Of a stretch of DNA of 64,000 nt, positions 19,489-29,363 are shown piece after piece. Position 1 is the first letter of the stretch. Every line of letters starts with the position of its first letter. The stretch spans positions 6,679-70,678 of the forward strand of contig DRHQ01000080.1 in NCBI GenBank assembly GCA_011049545.1, written 5' to 3'. The notes under the pieces were generated by a model. It was not told the origin of the DNA. It saw nothing but the letters and a program-made list of their open reading frames with translations, and ran no database searches. The DNA comes from Candidatus Aminicenantes bacterium (GTDB taxonomy: Bacteria; Acidobacteriota; Aminicenantia; Aminicenantales; Aminicenantaceae). The position numbers and the translations under genes were made by a program.

Positions 19489-20592
19489 ATGCATTTGTGT
19501 GCCATAGCAAATATAGAATCCATACACGTTAAAAAGATTTTGAAATATACGGCGGCAACTGGACATAGGGTTGATGTAATTACATTTGATGAGGGAGAGA
19601 TCGAAGGAGTAACTATCCACAGAATAAAGACCCCCTCATTGCTCAGGTCACGAAAACTAAGATATTTGTATTGCGTTATTGCAGCAAGAAAGCTAGTTCG
19701 AGAAATTAAGCCTGATATTTTGCTGTCTATTTATCTAATTGGCCCGGGAGGGTTAGGAGCAATGTGCAGTTACCATCCCCATGTCGTTATGGCTATTGGT
19801 TCGGACGTCTTATTGGAAATGAAAAGATCTTTTTATAATCGTTTAATCACAAAATCTATAATTAAAAGAACAGATCGTTTTATTACTGTTTCAAAAGCTG
19901 TAGCGGATAAACTGGTGGAAAGAGGAGTCTATCCTGAACATATTTTCACCAATCCAATCGGTGTCGACTCAGCCCTATTTAATTATTCCGAGGATGCAGA
20001 CAAAAAAGGAAAACTCCAGATAGTCAGTACAAGGAAACTCGATCCTCTCTATAATGTCAAACAGTTTATAAACAGTTTGCCTGGAGTTATTGAAAAACAC
20101 GAGGGTTTTGATGTGGTTATCATTGGCACGGGTACTGAATATGAAAGCATAAAGAGAAGCATCGATAGCTATAGCATAAAAGAAAATGTTAAACTTGTTG
20201 GAAACGTATCTCAATCTGATCTTGTCAACTATTTAAAAAAAAGCCATATCTTTATATCCATTCCACTTTCAGACGGAGCCCCTGTTTCTCTGTTTGAAGC
20301 AATGGCATGCGGATGTTTTCCGATTCTATCTGATATTAAAGCGAATAGAGATTGGATTCAGGACGGCATAAACGGATTTCTCATTCGATTGGGCAACCAT
20401 GAACTGCTGGTAAAACGAATCCTGGAAGCCATGGAAAGCCCCTCTTTAGTGAATAAAGCCAAATTAATAAACCGTCAGATTGTTGAAGAACAGCTTGATT
20501 TTTCAAAAACATCGGACAATTTGATACAATACCTTGATTCTATAATCAAGATTAAAGCCCATAATACCCAAGGCAATCCAACGGTATCTTAA
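19489..20592 (+). CDS. Glycosyltransferase family 4 (GT-B)
   Basis: C-terminal DGAPVSLFEAMACGCFPILSDI (EX7E-type motif). Confidence 0.85.
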   Translation: MHLCAIANIESIHVKKILKYTAATGHRVDVITFDEGEIEGVTIHRIKTPSLLRSRKLRYLYCVIAARKLVREIKPDILLSIYLIGPGGLGAMCSYHPHVVMAIGSDVLLEMKRSFYNRLITKSIIKRTDRFITVSKAVADKLVERGVYPEHIFTNPIGVDSALFNYSEDADKKGKLQIVSTRKLDPLYNVKQFINSLPGVIEKHEGFDVVIIGTGTEYESIKRSIDSYSIKENVKLVGNVSQSDLVNYLKKSHIFISIPLSDGAPVSLFEAMACGCFPILSDIKANRDWIQDGINGFLIRLGNHELLVKRILEAMESPSLVNKAKLINRQIVEEQLDFSKTSDNLIQYLDSIIKIKAHNTQGNPTVS

Positions 20593-20667
20593 TTTTCAAA
20601 TTATTATGAATTACTGCTACAAAAATATAATATAATTTTAAAATTGTATTAAGCAAAGTAAGAAACA

Positions 20668-21891
20668 TTGAATATTTGGCTCATCCAAACAGGAGAACCT
20701 TTACCTATAAGGGAAGGGATTCGAAAGATGAGAACGGCCATTCTGGCAGATAAGCTAATAAAAAGAGGACACAATATCTTATGGTGGGCAAGTTCTTTTG
20801 ACCATATTAAGAAAGAAATGATATTTAAAAAAGATACTGAGCTAACAGTAAAAAGAAGCTTGAAAATTCTCGCCTTAAAAGGCACTGGCTATAAGAAAAA
20901 TATCTCTTTATCAAGATATGTCGACCATAGAATCATTGCCAGAAAATTTAAAAAATTAGCGCTTAAAATGCCAAAGCCGGACATTATAATAACCTCAACG
21001 CCTCCCCATGATTTGGCATATGAAGCAGTTACTTTCTCAAAAGGCAATAATATACCTGTATTAGTGGACATCAGGGATGAATGGCCGGATCTTTTTTTAA
21101 ATGTTGTGCCCGGGAAGTTTCAGAAATTAGTAAAAATCTTGCTTTTTAATGATTATCGAAAGTTAAAAAAAACTATGCTCATGGCAGATGGCTTAATTGC
21201 AATGATGGATTCACTTCTGGATTGGGGTTTAAGATATACTGAACGATCCAGAACTTCTAAGGACAGAGTTTTCTATTTAGGAAGTAAAGGAAATGCTGTC
21301 AATAATAAGTCAATGACAAAGCATAGTTTTCTTCAGGGTATAGAAAATAAATTTATTGTCGTATTTGTTGGAACCTTTGTTAAAAACAACGATCCTTCAA
21401 TCCTGATAGATTGTGCTAAAAAGTTATTAGATAAAAATATTCATTTCGTTATGGCCGGTGATGGAGAATTGTTTAACCAGATAAGAAAAAAAGCTTCTGG
21501 ATTATCCAACATCTCTATGCCTGGGTGGTTAAATCAAGCTGAAATTTCAAATCTCTTGCAAAACTCTCATGTTGGTGTTTGTCTTACTCCAAAGATAAGG
21601 GATGCGTTCCCCAATAAAGCATTCACCTATCTCTCAGCAGGACTTCCCCTGATATCCGCTTTTCAAGGTGACTCAAAAGAAATCATAAAAAAATGCCATA
21701 TTGGATTATATTATCCTCCTAATGATTTAAATGCCCTTGTGAGCTGCATAACTAGGCTTTATGAAGATAGTGCCCTTCACAAAGAGATGTCAAAAAATGC
21801 ATGTAGAATATTTAATGAAATGTTTGATGCGGATAAAATATATGAAGAATATGCAGAACACATAGAAAGGGCAGTAGATAATTATAGATAA
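20668..21891 (+). CDS. Glycosyltransferase family 4 (WbuB-like), TTG start as listed
   Basis: MNIWLIQTGEPLP N-terminus, FVMAGDGE, and FPNKAFTYLSAGLPLI. Confidence 0.8.
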   Translation: MNIWLIQTGEPLPIREGIRKMRTAILADKLIKRGHNILWWASSFDHIKKEMIFKKDTELTVKRSLKILALKGTGYKKNISLSRYVDHRIIARKFKKLALKMPKPDIIITSTPPHDLAYEAVTFSKGNNIPVLVDIRDEWPDLFLNVVPGKFQKLVKILLFNDYRKLKKTMLMADGLIAMMDSLLDWGLRYTERSRTSKDRVFYLGSKGNAVNNKSMTKHSFLQGIENKFIVVFVGTFVKNNDPSILIDCAKKLLDKNIHFVMAGDGELFNQIRKKASGLSNISMPGWLNQAEISNLLQNSHVGVCLTPKIRDAFPNKAFTYLSAGLPLISAFQGDSKEIIKKCHIGLYYPPNDLNALVSCITRLYEDSALHKEMSKNACRIFNEMFDADKIYEEYAEHIERAVDNYR

Positions 21892-21905
21892 GGAGTAAGT
21901 TCTTT

Positions 21906-22733
21906 ATGGAATCAAGGAAACAAAGTGAGAGAGAGTTTCATAATCTACTTAGAGATAAAAAGTTGGAATCTTCTGTTCACTTTGAAAGCCTCACAGCTAA
22001 CAAAAAATACTATTCAATTACTCGCAAAAGCCTAAAATTTGTCGAAAGATGGTTGAGTCAGAAATGTTTGGGCAAAAAAGTTCTGGACTATTGTTGCGGA
22101 AATGGGGGAAGGTCTCTTAGTATAGCTAACTTAGGAGCAGCACAAGTTGTTGGGATAGATATATCGGATGCTTCAATAGAAAATGCAAAAATAAATGCCT
22201 CCAATGAGGGAATTAATAAAAAGCTTCAATATTTCGTTATGGATGCAGAAAATATGAAATTTGATAGCAATACCTTTGATATAGTTTATGAAGCTGGAGT
22301 CCTTCATCATCTCAATCTTGAAAGAGCATACTTTGAGATCGCAAGGGTTCTTAAACCAGATGGCCATTGTATTTGTATTGAAGCCCTTGGCCATAATAAA
22401 ATCGTACATTTCTATAGAAAAATGACACCCCATTTAAGAACTGGATGGGAGCTAGAACACATCTTGAAAAAAAAGCATATTTCTATGGCTAATAATTATT
22501 TTTCCAAAGTAGAGATAATCGGGCTATTTCATTTAGCAACCCTAGCTGCAGTCCCTTTTAGAAACCTTCAATTTATCTTCAACCCTCTGTTGAAATTTAT
22601 GGAATTTCTTGATTCCCTTATTTTAAGACTTCCATTGATAAAATGGCAGGCGTGGCAAGTTGTATTTGTGCTTTCAAAGCCGAGCAAAGATTCAAATAAG
22701 GTTGAACAAAATAGTGTCAAAGCGATTATTTGA
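21906..22733 (+). CDS. Class I SAM-dependent methyltransferase
   Basis: VLDYCCGNGGRSLSIANLGAAQVVGIDIS motif I. Confidence 0.85.
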   Translation: MESRKQSEREFHNLLRDKKLESSVHFESLTANKKYYSITRKSLKFVERWLSQKCLGKKVLDYCCGNGGRSLSIANLGAAQVVGIDISDASIENAKINASNEGINKKLQYFVMDAENMKFDSNTFDIVYEAGVLHHLNLERAYFEIARVLKPDGHCICIEALGHNKIVHFYRKMTPHLRTGWELEHILKKKHISMANNYFSKVEIIGLFHLATLAAVPFRNLQFIFNPLLKFMEFLDSLILRLPLIKWQAWQVVFVLSKPSKDSNKVEQNSVKAII

Positions 22734-23313
22734 TATTGTTTTTTCTTTAATTGGTCTGACATTGCTAACTCCTTTACTGTCAACAATTGCAATTCTGATA
22801 AAAAAGCAAGACAGAGGACCTATGCTGTATAGGGGCATAAGAGTTGGAAGGTACGGAAAACTTTTCAGGATTTATAAATTCAGAGCAATGGTTGTTAATG
22901 CAGAAAAGCTTGGTGGCTCATCAACACCGGCCGATGACCCCCGAATTACAAACGTAGGTAAATATATCAGAAAATATAAGTTAGATGAATTGCCCCAGCT
23001 AATTAATGTCCTTATGGGCCAGATGAGTTTTGTAGGTCCAAGGCCTCAAGTTCCTGAAGATGTCGCCTTATATACTAAGGAGGAGAAAAGTATCCTAAGT
23101 GTGCGTCCTGGAATAACAGATTGGGCTTCCTGTAAATATCATAATGAAGGAGAAATCCTTCGAGGTAGCCCAGATCCTGACCAAGCTTATATAGAAAAAA
23201 TAAGGCCGGGAAAGATTAAGCTTGAATTAGAGTATGTTAGAAACCATTCATTCTGGATTGATTTAAAAATCTTATTAAAAACCGTAAAAACTCTATTTTC
23301 TACTAGGTTATAA
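22660..23313 (+). CDS. Undecaprenyl-phosphate sugar-phosphotransferase (PglC/WbaP C-terminal type); start uncertain
   Basis: KRLFDIVFSLIGLTLLTPLL and DELPQLINVLMGQMSFVGPRP. In-frame TTG 22702 or GVG-type GTG 22714 are more plausible starts than the listed 22660. Confidence 0.85.
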   Translation: MYLCFQSRAKIQIRLNKIVSKRLFDIVFSLIGLTLLTPLLSTIAILIKKQDRGPMLYRGIRVGRYGKLFRIYKFRAMVVNAEKLGGSSTPADDPRITNVGKYIRKYKLDELPQLINVLMGQMSFVGPRPQVPEDVALYTKEEKSILSVRPGITDWASCKYHNEGEILRGSPDPDQAYIEKIRPGKIKLELEYVRNHSFWIDLKILLKTVKTLFSTRL

Positions 23314-23364
23314 ACAAAGAGAAGGATAGAATGAGAATTCTCATAGTAAAATACAAAAAATAAC

Positions 23365-24168
23365 ATGCGACATTATGAAGACATAGCGAAAAAGGTTAGA
23401 AAAAAAATACTGAATATGATTTACCGGACAAAAAGTCCTCACATTGGTTCATCGTTTTCAATAGTTGAAATATTAGTTGCTTTATACTTCAAAATCCTTT
23501 CAGTATCTCCAAAAAGTCCTGAAGCAGAAAATAGAGATAGATTCATTTTAAGCAAGGGACACGGCTGTCCTGCACTTTATGCAGTTCTCTCGATTAAAGG
23601 TTTTATTAGCCAAGGCTGTATAAACGGTTTTGCAGTAAATGGAGGCACATTAGAGCATCATCCTACTCGCGATATAAAACGAGGAATAGAAGTTTCTACC
23701 GGCTCATTAGGTCACGGACTTTCAATAGGGACAGGAATGGCAATCTCAGCAAAATATGATAAGGCTTCTTATCGAATATTTGCTCTTTTAAGCGATGGAG
23801 AAATGAATGAAGGCGACGTTTGGGAAGCCGCTATGTTTGCTGCACACCATAAACTTGATAATCTTGTCGGCATAATTGACTACAACAAGATTCAAGCATT
23901 AGGCAGGATAAATGAAGTAGTAAATCTGGAGCCCCTTGCTCAAAAATGGAGTGCATTTGGGTGGGAAGTAAGAGAGATTGACGGCCATAACTTTGAAGAA
24001 ATAATAAACACCTTGGAAAATATTCCATACGGACAAGGGAAACCAATTGTGCTTATTGCTCATACTGTAAAAGGGAAAGGAGTTTCATTTATGGAAAATA
24101 AACTATTATGGCACTATAGATCTCCAAATAAGGAGGAATATACAAAGGCATTGAAGGAGCTTTCTTAA
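23365..24168 (+). CDS. Transketolase, N-terminal (ThDP-binding) subunit
   Basis: SKGHGCPALYAV, GSLGHGLSIGTGMA and LSDGEMNEGDVWEAAMFAAHHKLDNL. Confidence 0.9.
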   Translation: MRHYEDIAKKVRKKILNMIYRTKSPHIGSSFSIVEILVALYFKILSVSPKSPEAENRDRFILSKGHGCPALYAVLSIKGFISQGCINGFAVNGGTLEHHPTRDIKRGIEVSTGSLGHGLSIGTGMAISAKYDKASYRIFALLSDGEMNEGDVWEAAMFAAHHKLDNLVGIIDYNKIQALGRINEVVNLEPLAQKWSAFGWEVREIDGHNFEEIINTLENIPYGQGKPIVLIAHTVKGKGVSFMENKLLWHYRSPNKEEYTKALKELS

Positions 24169-24169
24169 G

Positions 24170-25102
24170 ATGAAATCTGCCTTCATCGAGACTCTTGAAA
24201 AACTTGCCTCAGTTGATAATAGAATCTTTTTGCTCACAGGAGATTTAGGATTTAAAACATTTGACAGATTTAGAAATTCCTTCCCTGAAAGATTTATAAA
24301 TGTTGGTGTAGCCGAATCGAATATGATAGGAATTGCTGCAGGATTGGCACTATCAGGAAAAAATGTTTATTGCTACTCTATAATTCCTTTTTTAACTATG
24401 CGCTGCCTGGAGAGAATTCGAGTTGATCTATGTTATCATAACTTAAATGTAAAATTGGTAGGTGCAGGCGGAGGATTGGTTTATGGACTCGAAGGTATGA
24501 CTCATCATGCAATTGAAGATATAGCCATTATGAGAACTCTTCCTAACATGACCGTAGTTGCTCCTGGAGATCCATTAGAAGTAAAAGCAGTAATAAATGA
24601 ATCTCTTGCTTATAAAGGTCCGTTATACATTCGGCTCGGAAGAGAGGGAGAAAAATGTGTACATAAATCTTCTCCTGAGCTTAAAATTGGAAAAGGAATC
24701 ATTATAAAAAAAGGAAGTGGTATAAGTATTATTGCCACAGGAACAATACTATGCGCAGCTAAAAGTGCTTCTGAGGACCTAATAAATGAAGGTCTGGATG
24801 TAACTTTGATAGGAATGCATACTATAAAACCTTTGGATAGAGATATTATTGAATATTGTGCCAAAAATAGTAAAGCAATATTTACAGTGGAAGAACATAG
24901 CATTATAGGTGGGCTTGGTTCCGCCGTATCTGAGATTTTAATAGAATTAGATTATAAAAAGCCATTCAGAAAAATAGGGCTCCAGGATGAATATTGTTCA
25001 TATATTGGGAGTCAGGACTACCTTTGTGAAAAGTATGGTCTTACTCCAAAAGGAATAAAGAATTTCATTTTAAAAGAATACAACCAATTTTCCAAAGCTT
25101 GA
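24170..25102 (+). CDS. Transketolase, C-terminal (pyrimidine-binding) subunit
   Basis: FINVGVAESNMIGIAAGLA. It lies 1 nt after the N-subunit stop. Confidence 0.9.
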   Translation: MKSAFIETLEKLASVDNRIFLLTGDLGFKTFDRFRNSFPERFINVGVAESNMIGIAAGLALSGKNVYCYSIIPFLTMRCLERIRVDLCYHNLNVKLVGAGGGLVYGLEGMTHHAIEDIAIMRTLPNMTVVAPGDPLEVKAVINESLAYKGPLYIRLGREGEKCVHKSSPELKIGKGIIIKKGSGISIIATGTILCAAKSASEDLINEGLDVTLIGMHTIKPLDRDIIEYCAKNSKAIFTVEEHSIIGGLGSAVSEILIELDYKKPFRKIGLQDEYCSYIGSQDYLCEKYGLTPKGIKNFILKEYNQFSKA

Positions 25103-25124
25103 TTAATAATAAAAGGAGAATATT

Positions 25125-25880
25125 ATGAAAGCCAAAATCGCCCCCGAAGGAGGGTTTCGATCTAAAATAGAAAAGGAGGTTGGGAAAAAACTTGAAAACA
25201 TGTTTCTAGCTTGTCCAGATAGTGTTGAAACAAAATTAGAAAATTTTACAAAATATGTTAAGCGACAAAATCTGACAAGGCTATTTGCTTTATACGAAAT
25301 CTTTAAGAAAATCCTACCTGTCAAGGGTTCAATTATCGAGTGTGGTGTCTTTCGAGGATTTGGGCTTATGGCCTGGGCTAAAATGAGCGCTATTCTGGAA
25401 CCGGTTAATCTAACCAGACGAATATATGGATTTGATACTTTTGAGGGTTTCACCTCCATTAGTGACCATGATAAAAGTAAATATCGCGAAATAAAATCCA
25501 GTGAACTTTCTTCTGATTCTTTTAAAGAGCTGAATGAATTAATAAAAATCTACGATTCAAACAGGTTTTTAGGACATGTAAATAAAACTTCAATAATAAA
25601 TGGAGACGTCACCAAAACCATTCCAGAGTTTATTAAAAAAAATAAACATCTTGTTGTGAGCTTGCTATTTTTGGATTTCGATGTATTTGCACCGACAAAA
25701 GTTGCCATAGAAAACTTCTATCCAAGAATGCCCAAAGGGGCAATTATTGCTTTTGATGAATTAGATAATCCTATTTGGCCAGGGGAAACCATGGCTCTTC
25801 TTGAAACCGTAGGGATAAACAAGTTGAAAATAGAAAGATTCGATTTTGACCCATATATTGGCTATGCTGTCATTGATTAA
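25125..25880 (+). CDS. TylF/MycF-like (macrocin O-methyltransferase family) methyltransferase
   Basis: IECGVFRGFGLMAWAKM...LFLDFDVFAPTKVAIENFYPRMPKGAIIAFDE. Confidence 0.7.
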   Translation: MKAKIAPEGGFRSKIEKEVGKKLENMFLACPDSVETKLENFTKYVKRQNLTRLFALYEIFKKILPVKGSIIECGVFRGFGLMAWAKMSAILEPVNLTRRIYGFDTFEGFTSISDHDKSKYREIKSSELSSDSFKELNELIKIYDSNRFLGHVNKTSIINGDVTKTIPEFIKKNKHLVVSLLFLDFDVFAPTKVAIENFYPRMPKGAIIAFDELDNPIWPGETMALLETVGINKLKIERFDFDPYIGYAVID

Positions 25881-26009
25881 TACTTTATTGGCTGGCGAAG
25901 ATTAGTCTCCAAAAAAGATCTTTAGTCTTATAAAGTAATTAGAAAGTGAAATTATTAAAGATCGTTTTCAGTTGTAGATAAAAAATAAATAATAGGAAGA
26001 GATAATATT

Positions 26010-27116
26010 ATGACCTATAAGGTACCGTTTGTTGATCCCTCCAGGCACTATCTTAAGCTGAAAAGCGAAATTGACGCTGCAATTACAGATTGTCTATCCA
26101 AGGGCGATTTGATAATGAGGAGTCAATTAAGAGATTTTGAAAAGAACTTTGCCTCTTTTGTGGGAACAAAATATGCGGTGGGTTTGAACAGTGGGTATCA
26201 TGCTCTGGCTCTTTCGCTACAAGCTGCCGGAGTCGGAGCAGGTGATGAAGTCATCACGGTCGCTCATACATTCGTGGCCAGCATTTCAGCAATCGTGCAC
26301 TGCGGGGCCATTCCAGTCCTTATCGATGTTGGAAAAGACTATAACATGAACATGGATATGCTTGAACCAGCTATAACACCCAGGACCAAAGCCGTACTGC
26401 CCGTTCATCTGAACGGTCGTGTGTGTGATATGGACAGATTGATTGAAATTTCTAAAGAACACAATTTCATAGTCATTGAAGATGCTGCCCAATCTGTAGG
26501 GGGGAAATACAACGGGAAAATTGCTGGTTCATTCGGTCTCGCCGGCTGTTTCAGTCATTATCCTTTTAAAATCCTAGGTGGCTTTGGAGATGGGGGTACT
26601 CTTACAACTGATGATCCGGATATTGCCAGAAAAGCAACATTGTTGAGATATAACGGAGAAGACAGGGAAACAGGTGAATACCATTATCATGGATATACAT
26701 GCCTTTTAGACAATGTTCAGGCTGCGGTCCTTGATGTAAAATTAAAGCATTTACCAGCATGGATTAATAGGAGAAGGGAAATTGCAGAACTTTACCGCCA
26801 GGGATTATCAGATATGGATGATTTATTTCTGCCTCATTTTGGCGCAGAAAAATACTTTGATATATACCAAAATTATGTCATCAGGACAAAAAAGAGAGAT
26901 GAACTCTACAAGTTCCTGGAAGAGCAAGGCGTTGAGACCCTAATCCACTGGAGAAAGCCAGTCTGGGAACACAAAAGGCTCAAATTAGGCCAACACAACC
27001 TTCCCGAGACCGAAAGTATCTGTAAAGAGGTTATTTCGCTTCCTATGAGCGCTGAGACCACAGATGAGCATGTTGAGTACACGGTGCATTGTATCGGTAA
27101 CTTCTTTAAAAGCTGA
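26010..27116 (+). CDS. DegT/DnrJ/EryC1/StrS-family PLP sugar aminotransferase
   Basis: GLNSGYHALALSLQAAGVGAGDEVITVAHTFVAS and SHYPFKILGG (PLP lysine). Confidence 0.9.
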   Translation: MTYKVPFVDPSRHYLKLKSEIDAAITDCLSKGDLIMRSQLRDFEKNFASFVGTKYAVGLNSGYHALALSLQAAGVGAGDEVITVAHTFVASISAIVHCGAIPVLIDVGKDYNMNMDMLEPAITPRTKAVLPVHLNGRVCDMDRLIEISKEHNFIVIEDAAQSVGGKYNGKIAGSFGLAGCFSHYPFKILGGFGDGGTLTTDDPDIARKATLLRYNGEDRETGEYHYHGYTCLLDNVQAAVLDVKLKHLPAWINRRREIAELYRQGLSDMDDLFLPHFGAEKYFDIYQNYVIRTKKRDELYKFLEEQGVETLIHWRKPVWEHKRLKLGQHNLPETESICKEVISLPMSAETTDEHVEYTVHCIGNFFKS

Positions 27117-27186
27117 AACAAAATGTCATTGCGAGTGACCAAAGTAATAAATGGGGCCTGGCCCCATTTTTTATGGAGTAAACGAC

Positions 27187-28506
27187 ATGAAAGAAAGCAA
27201 CAAGCCCTTTGATACTTTGGTTAAAAATATTGATAATTTACTGGCTCCTTGTCTGGCACAGGATTGGCCTAATCTCCCCATTGACCGTGCCGAAGGCTGC
27301 TATATATACGGTCGTGACGGTCGTAAATACATTGATTTCCTAGCCGGTTTTGGAGCATGCAATGTCGGGCACAATCATCCCCGCGTTGTGGCAGCAGCAC
27401 AGGCTCAGTTGTCAAAGATGATCCATACTGCTATCGGAGTTACAAATTATGAGTCCCTTCTATATTTAGCAGAGGAATTGGGCAAGATTGTGCCAGGAGA
27501 GTCAAACGTCTTCTTTTTTGGCAACAGCGGAGCAGAAGCCGTGGATGGCGCCCTCAAACTCGCCCGCTACTATACAAGGCGGCGGGGAATTATTTCTTTT
27601 ATCGGAGGATTTCACGGCAGGTCAGTAGGAGGCACATCAGTAAGCACCTCAAAAGCCAAATACCGTACTGGCTATGGCTCCCTCCTTCCCGATGTTTATT
27701 TTGCTCCATTCCCGTATCCTTTTCGTTCAAAAACCCCAGAAAGTCCGGAAGAATGTTCTCAGGCTGCCCTGAATGCCCTTCTGAATGTATTTGAGTATAT
27801 TATAGAGCCTGAGGAAGTCGCTGCCCTATTAGTTGAGCCTGTTCAAGGTGAAGGAGGATATATTATTCCGCCTCAAAGCTGGCTGGCTGAACTGCGCAAA
27901 ATTTGTGACAAATACGGCATTCTGCTCGTCTTTGATGAAGTGCAAACAGGTTTCGGGCGTACCGGTCAATGGTTTGCTGCGGATACATTTAATATTCAAC
28001 CTGATATATTTGCCATAGCTAAAGCAATTGCCAATGGTCTTCCCCTGGGAGCCACCGCAGCCCGTGCTGAGATAATGAAAGCCTGGGGGCCTGTATCTCA
28101 TGGGACTACGTGCGGGGGAAACCCAGTTTCCTGTGCTGCTGCACTGGCTGTGCTGGAGATAATCAAGGAAGAAAATCTACTGGAGAACGCGCGCAAACAG
28201 GGCACATATATGTTAGATAAATTGCAGGACTTAAAAACAAAGGCACCCATCATAGGTGACGTCCGTGGCGTAGGACTTATGACTGCTGCAGAGTTTGTAA
28301 AACCTGATACAGATAAAGAACCTAACACAGAAGCTGCGCGGCGTGTCCTGCAGATTGCGCTTGATAAAGGATTATTACTATACCCCTGTGGTCACTGGAA
28401 CCAGACTATTCGCCTGGTTCCAGCCCTTAACGTGACTCAGGATCAAATCGACGAGGGGTTTAATATCTTTACCGAGGCAGTCCTGGAAGTACAGAAGGGA
28501 CAGTAA
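27187..28506 (+). CDS. Class-III (GABA/ornithine-type) PLP aminotransferase
   Basis: LVFDEVQTGFGRTGQWFA...IFAIAKAIANGLPLGA. ATG 27187 (RBS GGAG) is preferred because the listed start 27151 lies inside a dispersed repeat copy. Confidence 0.85.
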   Translation: MKESNKPFDTLVKNIDNLLAPCLAQDWPNLPIDRAEGCYIYGRDGRKYIDFLAGFGACNVGHNHPRVVAAAQAQLSKMIHTAIGVTNYESLLYLAEELGKIVPGESNVFFFGNSGAEAVDGALKLARYYTRRRGIISFIGGFHGRSVGGTSVSTSKAKYRTGYGSLLPDVYFAPFPYPFRSKTPESPEECSQAALNALLNVFEYIIEPEEVAALLVEPVQGEGGYIIPPQSWLAELRKICDKYGILLVFDEVQTGFGRTGQWFAADTFNIQPDIFAIAKAIANGLPLGATAARAEIMKAWGPVSHGTTCGGNPVSCAAALAVLEIIKEENLLENARKQGTYMLDKLQDLKTKAPIIGDVRGVGLMTAAEFVKPDTDKEPNTEAARRVLQIALDKGLLLYPCGHWNQTIRLVPALNVTQDQIDEGFNIFTEAVLEVQKGQ

Positions 28507-29283
28507 ATGGAACAAGATTATTCAATTGTCACAGAACTGCCGGGTTTTAGGGGCTCAGAAGAACAGTTAACAAGGCTCTATCAGCGTTACCGGTTTGCTC
28601 GCGATTTCTGTAAAGATAAGAAAGTCTTAGAGGTGGCATGCGGTGGCGGAATGGGATTAGGGTATTTAGCAAAAGTGGCTAAAAAAGTCGTTGGCGGAGA
28701 CATAGATAAAGATATTTTAAAACACCCCCTAGAGCGTTATGAAGGAAAAGATAAAATCAAAATTGAAGAATTTGACGCCCAGAACCCACCTTTTGAAGAC
28801 AAAAGCTTTGATGTGGTGATCTTATACGAAGCTATATATTATCTCCCTGAACCAGAAAAGTTCGTGAGTGAAGCTCACCGCGTCCTAAGAGATGATGGAG
28901 TGCTCTTGATCTGTACTGCAAACAAAGAGTGGGCTGATTTTAATCCGTCGCCATACAGTACAAAATATTTTTCAGCCCAGGAATTGTATTCTTTGCTGAA
29001 ACGAAAATTCACTAAAGTCAAAGTCCTCGGAGCTTTCCCTGTTTCTGAGGGCGGCATCAAAAATAAAATCGTTTCTTTAATAAAAAGGACAGCTGTTACT
29101 CTCCATCTCATTCCAAAAACAATGAGGGGTAAAGAAATCTTCAAAAGAGTCTTTTTTGGGGAACTATTGACTTTGCCCCCAGAAATAGAAGATGGGGAAG
29201 TTGAATACTCCCCTCCTGTGGCAATCTCAAGCGATCATCCCAGTTGTCAGTATAAAGTTTTATTTTTTGAGGCTCGTGCTTGA
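28507..29283 (+). CDS. Class I SAM-dependent methyltransferase
   Basis: VLEVACGGGMGLGYLA motif I. Start abuts the upstream stop. Confidence 0.8.
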   Translation: MEQDYSIVTELPGFRGSEEQLTRLYQRYRFARDFCKDKKVLEVACGGGMGLGYLAKVAKKVVGGDIDKDILKHPLERYEGKDKIKIEEFDAQNPPFEDKSFDVVILYEAIYYLPEPEKFVSEAHRVLRDDGVLLICTANKEWADFNPSPYSTKYFSAQELYSLLKRKFTKVKVLGAFPVSEGGIKNKIVSLIKRTAVTLHLIPKTMRGKEIFKRVFFGELLTLPPEIEDGEVEYSPPVAISSDHPSCQYKVLFFEARA

Positions 29284-29363
29284 TTAATTTTAGATTGATG
29301 CTATAAAATAAAGCTTACTTGCTTTTTGGGGGAGCTTGCTAGCTAAACTAGCGTATCTAACTG

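Noticed and set aside
23365-25102. The ThDP enzyme pair could be a split phosphonopyruvate decarboxylase, implying phosphonate decoration of the glycan.
   Set aside because: The motifs (GSLGHGLS.G.GMA, DGE..EG..WEA, VAESNM) are transketolase-type. No PEP mutase gene is present in the locus.
27151-27186. Listed start of the class-III aminotransferase (MGPGPIFYGVND...).
   Set aside because: These codons are a family B repeat copy (GGGGCCTGGCCCCATTTTTT). The ATG at 27187 has a GGAG RBS and gives a normal N-terminus.
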